Shown piece after piece: positions 55,044-64,000 of a stretch of 64,000 nt of DNA. The number at the start of each line of letters is the position of its first letter. Position 1 is the first letter of the stretch. Under the pieces are notes generated by a model. It did not search any database. It was not told the DNA's origin and saw only the letters and a program-made list of their open reading frames with translations. A program made the translations under genes and the position numbers. Origin of the DNA: Octopus vulgaris (lineage: Eukaryota); NCBI GenBank assembly GCA_951406725.2, contig OX597817.1:129332001-129396000 (forward strand), given 5' to 3'.

Positions 55044-55689
55044 AATAATACTTCATATATGTTCGGATATGTGTGTGTGTTCATGTGTGTGTGTGTGTGT
55101 GTGTGTGTGTTTGTGTGTTTGTGTGGGTGTGTGGGTGTGCGTGTGTGTGTGTGTGCGTGTGTGTGTTGTGTACATATGTCAACTAGTCTCAATGAAAAAT
55201 ACTTTTTGAAACTTCCCAATGAAAAATTATAAATATAAACTGAAGAGATTAAACTGAAAGGAAGTACGTCTAATAAACAATGTATCTATATACATATGTA
55301 TATAGATATATTATTTATTACACATTCGTATGCATATGTACATATATGAATATATATTTATATACATATCTATCTGCCTCTCTCTCTTTCTCTCTCTCCT
55401 TCAGTATATATGGATGTGCGTGCACGTGCGCGTGTGTACTTATATTTAAACATATATATCTCTTATATTGTATATCAGAAATTTATTCTTCCAGTTTTAT
55501 TTCCCCAGTTTAGATTTATGTGAAATTTCCGAGTAATTTATATTCATTCCTTAAGCACTTTCTGTAGATAATATTTCATTTTGACTAGCTCAGACTCGTA
55601 ATGTTTTGAGTTATTGTGAAATTAATTTACGCACGTGTGCGCGCGTACACTCATACGCATACATGTATGTATGTATGTATGTATGTATG

Positions 55690-55720
<31 letters not shown>

Positions 55721-56276
55721 GTATGTATGTATGTGTGTGTGTATGTATGTATGTATATATGTATGTATGTATGTGAGTGTATATATGTATAAGGAAAATC
55801 TTTTTCAAATATGTTGAAGACACAATGATATTCGTGTTTGATCTCTTCTATAAATGCATTTTCATATATTCTTAATATACCTTCATATATTCTTAATATC
55901 GCCATCTCCATTAATATATTTCGAGACCTTCTTAATTTAATCTTCTTAATAAAACGCTGTTAGTGTCTCTGTTATTGCTGCAGTTTAATAGTAAGCGGCA
56001 AATTAAAACTGATCAAATCATGGCTGGCCAATTTAAAATTGGATTACTATTAATTCCATATTACTTTCGTAGTTTATTCACTGGGAACGGTATCTCTGTT
56101 GGTTTTCCTTTGTATGTTGCTTCCATAGTTAATCTCGTTAATTTTTCTGTTAATTCTGTATAGAACGGTTATACTATCTGTGTCATGATTGTATTATTGT
56201 CTGCTTTAATGACTACTTTTAAATTTATGTGAACTGATAAGGAAGTGTTGTATTTGTGTGTCCTATGTAACAGTAG

Positions 56277-56660
56277 GTGGAAGCGCAATGGCCCAGTGGT
56301 CAGGGCAGCGGACTCGCGGTCATAGGATCGCGGTTTCGATTCCGAGACCGGGCGTTGTGAGTGTTTATTGAGCGAAAACACCTAAAAGCTCCACGACGCT
56401 CCGGCAGGGGATGGTGGTGATCCCTGCTGTACTCTTTCACCACAACTTTCTCTCGCTCTTACTTCCTGTTTCTGTTGTACCTGTATTTCAAGGGGCCGGC
56501 CTTGTCACTCTCTGTGTCACGCTGAATATCCCCGAGAACTACGTTAAGGGTGCACGTGTCTGTGGAGTGCTCAGCCACTTGCACGTTAATTCCACGAGCA
56601 AGCTGTTCCGTTGATCGTATCAGCTGGGACCCTCATCGTCGTAACCGACGGAGTGCTCCT
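56277..56660 (+). mobile_element. SINE: family D head with tail type 1
   Basis: 5' half matches 39693; the 3' half from gtac.tgtatttcaa matches 20148-20326. Confidence 0.88.
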
Positions 56661-56776
56661 GCACTTATCATATTTGCATAAGAATTTAGTATTATATTAG
56701 TTATCTGAAGTATGCTTTTTGGCTCACAGATGTGTTTTAAATTCTACTGTCTTTTCAGTATATTGCAATATAACAT

Positions 56777-57218
56777 GCGCAGGCATGGTTCTGTGGTAAG
56801 GAGTTAGCTTCCTAACCACATGTTTCTGGGTTCAGTTCCACTGCGTGGCACCTTGGGCAAGTGTATTCTGCTATAGCCTCGGGCCGACCAAAGCCTTGTG
56901 AAAGGAGTTGATGAAAGAAGCCCGACTTATACACGCACACACACGCACACACACATACATACACAAACGTCTATATATATTTATTATATATTTATGTATG
57001 TACTTGTTCTGTGTTTGTGCTTGTCCACCACCACCGCTTAACAGTCGGTGATGTTTTGTTTACGTCCCATAACTTGTCGGTTTGGCCAAAGAGACCGATA
57101 GAATAAGTACCAGGCTTAAAAATAAGTACAGGCGTCGATTCGTTCGACTAAAAATTCTTCAAGATGGTGCCCAGCATGGCTGCAATCTAATGACCGAAAC
57201 AAGTAAAAGATAAAAGAT
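56777..57218 (+). mobile_element. SINE family A, diverged
   Basis: Colinear with 1861-2285. Confidence 0.82.
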
Positions 57219-57741
57219 AATATGACGAAGACTTCCATATTATTCCTTAATACGATCCGTCAGATTCGAATGTGAATATTCAAATCGCCGTTTTGTTTCA
57301 TCACAGAACAACTTCTCCTTTACGATGAATGTGTGTTCATGACAAACTCGATTCATTTGTTTAAAGAACTCTGTAACATCTAGTGTCTTGACATACTTGC
57401 GTCTCTTCAGCCACAGGTACCCTGGCTAATAAATCTGTCATGAAGTCGAGACTCTTATTTATAACTTCAGTCAGCAAAATATTTGCTGATACATGTAAAT
57501 GTCTACCAACCAATAATAAATTTGAGAATGAAAACGACGGCTTGCATACTTATTCTTATACATTTCGCCAGATTCGTATATGTCAATATAGAACGCATTG
57601 TGTTCTATTTTACATGTTCACATTGTCATTCATTCTGTTTCTAGACGTATTTGCTTCATGTAGCATAGCTTATTTATTGGTTGGGTTAAATTGGTGCTTG
57701 TATATTATTCTATAGCTTAGTCCACAAACAGATTCGAATAT

Positions 57742-57819
<78 letters not shown>

Positions 57820-57905
57820 GGGAATTCACAAAAAACAAAAGACGTAGACAGGTGGTGTAAACATCAAACAGAAGTATTAGTATAACACTCGGGAAGTGAA
57901 AGAGA

Positions 57906-57941
57906 CTTTAACGTTTCGAGCCTACGCTCTTCCACAGAAAG
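57906..57941 (-). ncRNA. Minimal hammerhead-like motif, variant core CTGTGGA, in a short PLE-like element (~57817-58020)
   Basis: CTTT-CTGTGGA-A-GAGC gtag GCTC-GAA-ACGT-T-AAAG. Confidence 0.52.
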
Positions 57942-58018
57942 GAACACAGAAAGAAACAAGGAGAGAAAATAAAGAATTAAAGAATGTGTAGTGGCTAGCG
58001 ATCTATCATGGCGAATGC

Positions 58019-58077
<59 letters not shown>

Positions 58078-58269
58078 GTATAGGACGTTACCAACAGTAA
58101 ACAACATGAAATACGAAAACAAATGAGTTCAATACGGAAACAACGAAAGAAATGGAAAACAGAACAAGTAACATAAAGAACGATCCTTCATCAGTTGTCG
58201 GCTGTCTATCTACTCATCATTTCGAGCATTATGTATATACATATATATATATATACTATATATTATAAT

Positions 58270-58481
58270 ATATATACTAAGTAATTAAGGGTTTAGCAAC
58301 GAATTGCCTCACCACACACCGAATTTAGAAATAGCAGTCAAAGAGTTATAGCTATTCTTTCTACTAAAAGGGAGATCTCAGTAAAAACACAGCACTTGAA
58401 AGGCAAACATGCCGAAATCTACTTGGTGTAATTAATGATTATTCCAAATTAATTAATTTCACCCTATATTATTACTGATAA

Positions 58482-58482
<1 letters not shown>
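58270..58482. repeat. TA-flanked interspersed repeat also at ~1033-1190
   Basis: Shared taattaagggtttagcaac.a.ttgc.tc.accaca…aatttagaaatagca..caaaga. Confidence 0.65.
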
Positions 58483-58549
<67 letters not shown>

Positions 58550-59617
58550 ACATAGTATGTATGTATATATATATATTAATGCTTTTTGGGAAGAACTAAA
58601 ATGCTATGAAGTGCACTCGATTATTATATTGACTAAAAGGGATGGAGAAAGCCAAGAAGAGGCTGCTTAATATCTCAACCTATTGGCTGTAGTCCGCTAT
58701 CGAAAGAGAAAAGTGAGCAGACTATCCTGAGAAAAAGAGCAATGATAATAACGATGACGACAACGACGACGACGACGACGATGATGGTGATGGTGATGGT
58801 AATGATGATGATGACGACGACGACGACAACGACGACGATGATGATGATGATGATGATGATAGTAGTGGTAATGATGGCCACTCGAGCTGGAAGCGATACG
58901 AAAAAATACAAAGAGATGTTAATCAGGGAACTTACAAAACATTTGTAGAAAGGCAGATGAATTATACAAAGAGCAGGTAAAGGGTTAAATACGACATGCA
59001 ATATATAAAGGGAGAAATTAAAAATTTATAGAAACATGCAAATGTTTACACAGAATATATAATAGTATGATAAAACAGACAACAATTAAAATCAGATATC
59101 TATATATAATTCAAACCGCTAAATAAATTGATCAGAGCTCCCTACGTCCCTATTTAAGCCACAGCTCTTCTTCATTTCTATATTGTTTATTGCAGGGGAC
59201 TAAAGAGTCTTCAATGAGGATGTCTTGGTTTATAGTGAACGTGTGAGGGTCGACGTCCTCTGGATTGCTGGCATAGAAAACTACGCGTCGACAACGGTGA
59301 CAATAGAGGCAATAAAATATCGGCAATGATTACAAGGCAAATCAAAGACGATCTATTATTGGTGAAATACGACACAGAGTGCATCGTTTGTAGTATAGAT
59401 ATACATAGACACTGTATTCATTGGAGCTGAAGACCAGAGAAATCATCCGGTACATTGACGTATATGAATGCATATATTACATACATATATATAAACATTT
59501 TGACATATGAGCATACACATATGCACACAACAGACACATATGTATGTATACATATAAACACAAACATATGCGTGACGTGCATATTCATAGAAAAATACAC
59601 AAACTCATAGATACATA

Positions 59618-59690
<73 letters not shown>

Positions 59691-59922
59691 TGAGAGAGAG
59701 AGAGAGAGGAGATAGATAGGTAGATAGATAGATAGGAGGCGATAGATATATTTAATTATATATATATACACGCACACATATATATATATGTTGTATGTAT
59801 GTATGTAAATGTATGTATGTGTATATATATGTGTGCATGTATATATATATATCATTAAATATATCTATCGCCTCCTATCTATCTATCTATCTACCTATCT
59901 ATCTATCTCTCTCTCTCTCTCT

Positions 59923-59959
<37 letters not shown>

Positions 59960-59980
59960 GATATATATATGTATATATAC

Positions 59981-60061
<81 letters not shown>

Positions 60062-61863
60062 ACAGAAGGATAACGTCCTGATTAAGAAGGATTGTGTGTA
60101 GTAGTTAGGGAGAAAGTGAAAAAAAAGACGAGAGGCATGTGAAGCTAGAGAGCCTGAGAAGTGGCACGAGATGGTCAGTTCCGACGAAGCTGGGGAAAGT
60201 CACTGTGGTAGCATTAGGAAAAAGAGAACGAAGAGAGATACAAGGAGTTAATGGACAAGAAGTTTGTGAGCTCAACCAGTTGGCTGGCCTTTTTCTGGAT
60301 GTAGTCTTGGATATATGTGGGTGTAGCAACAACACCATACCAGACAGACGAACAATTTTCCAATGCAAATTTCACTTGATTTTTCTTTATCATTTAGCAT
60401 ACCACATATAAGAAGTTTCTAAACGGTTGCTTCTAGAGGCACCGCGCGAAATTAAGTCAAATTTAATCAATTTTAACGATTATTTGTTTGTGAAGTATAT
60501 TTTAGATCAGACACCTCATTTTACAATTAGATGTCACAATAAACGATATTCAACCGCTATCAAAACTTCTCACCAACGTGAGTAGTTTGGAAAACTCTGC
60601 TATATAGTTCACCCAGTATTTTATAAAATATAATTCATTTTACCATATATGTCCAGTATTCTTACAACAGATCATTCAGCTAACCAGCATTCCGTTAAAT
60701 ATATCACTGAACTTAAAACAAATGTAGTGCCCTATTCTTTACTATAGATCTTGTAGAACTATTTCTTGAAGACACCGGCCAAATGCATTTGAACTGACTT
60801 ATTTATGATCATGTTATTGCTAATGCTTTTTATTGTTTAACCTCAGGACACATCTGATCGAGAAGATCCACAATCAAATCATTCCATCTCGCTATTTTAG
60901 TAGCACGTGTGGCTACCATTATCCAATGTATCTACTCATTTTCACATAATGGCAGGATATTAGTTGAGGGATATTTGGCTGTTATTTCTAACAGCTAAAA
61001 CGACTTGATTGACGTTCTCTTGTTAACTAGTTATCACTATGCGGACTCAACCGTTTCAAAAGCCATCTTGAGTAATGGATAGACGCAACAGAATTCAAGT
61101 CTCTTGATCGCTAGCGAAATACGAATCGTAAACTCTTGTTCGACTTGTCTACTCTATTCTATTTGAAACCTGCTGCAACCCTTTAAATTTGAATAATCCC
61201 TACCTCTCCTTCCCTCCCTCTCTCCCTCTTATGTATCAATATAAGAGATAAAAACGAACGCAAAATCAATACTACCTGGACTGGCTAATAAAACTTTGTT
61301 TAAAGTGATTGCTATTATTTTGCAATAAATAATTAAATAAATAGATAACAACAGCAGAATCTTCATTCAGCTCTCGTTAAATAGTACCTTAAAAGAAATC
61401 GTGTTTGGCGGGGGAAAGGGCCATATCGAGCCAGTGCAATTCAACAAGTTGTTTCTTTACAACTCTTACATGATTTTATGTATTTCAAGAACTCTGTGTC
61501 ATCGTTCTTGGTTGACATAAGCAATCCACTCATGAATAATATTGTCGCTTGATGAGTATTTAGCTTGATGGATGGATGGATAAATAGATTGGTCTGTAAA
61601 AGAGAGGAAGAAGAAAAATGGATATATGAAGAATGAAGGGAAATCGGGTACATATAAAAGAAAATGGCGGACGGGGTATGTCGAATGCATAAGATTTACT
61701 ACGGACAGAGAAATAAAGGAGAGATATAATATAAGACTAAAGAGAAAGATGAAAAAGTGAGATAGGTGCACACGGAAACACACAAGCAATTTCACAAATT
61801 TGCTTAGATATACGAAACAAAAGATACATACAAACAGACATTTAAATCATACACAAACATCAT

Positions 61864-62315
61864 CTTATTTCTATATTGCCCACAAGGGGCTAAACATAGA
61901 GGGGACAAACAAGGACAGACAAAGGGATTAAGTCGATTACATCGACCCCAGTGCATAACTGGTACTTAATTTATCGACCCTGAACGGAATGCTGGTTAGC
62001 TGAATGATCTGTTGTAAGAATACTGGACATATATGGTAAAAGTCGACCTCGGCGGAATTTGAACTCAGAACGTAACGGCAGGCGAAATACCTATTTCTTT
62101 ATTACCCACAAGGGGCTAAACACAGAGGGGACAAACAAGGACAGACATAGGTATTAAGTCGATTACATCGACCCCAGTGCGTAACTGGTACTTAATTTAT
62201 CGACCCCGAAAGGATGAAAGGCAAAGTCGACCTCGGCGGAATTTGAACTCACAACGTAACGCAGGCGAAATACCGCTAAGCATTTCGCCCGGCGTGCTAA
62301 CGCTTCTGTCAGCTT
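61864..62315 (-). mobile_element. SINE family B dimer with a 59-nt templated insertion
   Basis: Two cores; 61983-62041 is not SINE sequence. Confidence 0.88.
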
Positions 62316-63061
62316 CTATGTGTGTGTGAGTGTATGTGCGTGAGAGTGTGTGTATGTGCGTGTGTGTGCATGTTATGTGCGTGTATGTGTGTATGTGTTT
62401 ATGCGTGTGTATGTGCGTGCGTGTACATGTACGTGTGTGTGTATGTGTGTGTATGTGTATATGTGTGTGTATGTATGTGTGTGTGTATGTAAGTGTTTGG
62501 GTATCTGCCAACACTGTATGCGTAAGTAAATAGATGTGTGATACATGCATAGATACATGCATACTAAGTATGATGTAGCATGGTAGTAAAAGTTGCCCCT
62601 TGAATACGGGGTATATACGAAGGTTAGAAAGAAATGAAGCGATTACGTACCGCTTGGTGTGTAATGTTAGTAGGCATGGACGGCAAAGCACAAATAAACT
62701 AAGAGAAAAAGCGAGCGCAAGGAATCGGATGCAGAGTGTAATATGCTGGTGTATAGATGTCACGTGCATAGAGGAAGTCAGCTGGGTAGAGAAGTGCCCA
62801 GAGACCCAAGTAGTTGGAAGAGGATGGCAGAGAAAAATATGAACAGAAGTACTGAAAGCTGGTATCATCATTATCCTCCTCCGCCTCCTCCTCCTCCTCC
62901 TCCTCTCATCATCATCATCATCTTCATCATCATTATCATCATCATTCTTGTTATCATCATCATCACTTTTACGTCCGTTTTCCATGCTAACATGGTGCTG
63001 GTGATGGTGGTTAGGATGCACTTCCTGCTGATTATGATGATGACAGCTAGATAGATAGAAT

Positions 63062-63121
<60 letters not shown>

Positions 63122-63197
63122 CATACATACATACATACATACATACATACATACATACATACATACATACATGCATACATACATACATACATACATT

Positions 63198-63521
63198 TAA
63201 AAAGACTCCGCCGGTTACGACGACGAGGGTCCCAGCTGATACGATCAACGGAACAGCTTGCTCGTGAAATAACGTGCAAATGGCTGAGCATTCCACAGAC
63301 ACGTGTACCCTTAACGTAGTTCTCGGGGATAATCAGCGTGACACAGAGAGTGACAAGGCTGACCCTTTGAAATACAAGTACAACTCATTTTTGCCAGCTG
63401 AATGGACTGGAGCAACGTGAAATAAAGTGTCTTGCTCAAGGACACAACGCGTCGCCGGGAATCGAACTCACAACCTTACGATCATGAGCCGAATGCCCTA
63501 ACCACTAAGCCACGCGCCCTC
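63198..63521 (-). mobile_element. SINE family C, tail type 1 (young copy)
   Basis: Near-identical reverse complement of 20007-20331. Confidence 0.9.
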
Positions 63522-64000
63522 ACACATACATACATACATACATACATACATACATACATACATACATACATACATACATACATACATACATACATACATG
63601 TATGTGTGTTTGTATGTGAGAGTCTAAATATTTAAATGTGTTATTGTCGTTTAGCCCCAGTTAGAATACCTATGATCAAAATTAGTCCAAAATCTATCAC
63701 GTCTATATAGGAATAGATATGACTGCATTATCTAAAATACCCATATTATTTGTAAGAAGGTGAAATGTCATTAGAATGGAGTCTGTGTCATATTTGTAAT
63801 AAATCGAGTGACTTTCTGGACGTGGTTATGATCAGATTAGCTGAGGTGCAATTATTCTATAATGTCAGATAGATGTAATAAAATCGCATAACATTCGTTA
63901 TTTATTCTCACCTGATCATCGAAGCTTGCTCCAGTTTTTATCTGAGTGGATTGTGCAAATGAATGTGTCCCGCTGGTCAGAAAGTCCAGAAATATTTACT

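Noticed and set aside
54961-55219. N-terminal ~87 aa of the 555-aa ORF
   Set aside because: Microsatellite read-through upstream of the LINE truncation point.

Overview
Repeat-saturated, gene-poor animal genomic DNA. Its microsatellite load and SINE sequences suggest an octopus or other coleoid cephalopod (inferred, not verified). One host gene is evident: a minus-strand achaete-scute-like bHLH factor (ATG 7982), for which I propose two extra spliced exons (3458-3417 and 2632-2528). The rest is four tRNA-headed SINE families with swapped heads and tails, a full-length dead DD37D (maT) transposon, mariner remnants and MITEs, non-autonomous Helitrons, a 5'-truncated Tx1-like LINE inside a GATA microsatellite, and many short (TA)n-embedded elements resembling Penelope-like pseudo-LTRs. 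The main hidden signal is about 17 hammerhead-ribozyme (HHR) motifs. The most striking set lies in a ~780-bp tandem non-coding element (42479-45708). Each unit there carries a hammerhead whose three strands are in the non-circularly-permuted order C-B-A, supported by a compensatory base change between two subfamilies. All RNA structures were paired by eye; no folding or database search was run.
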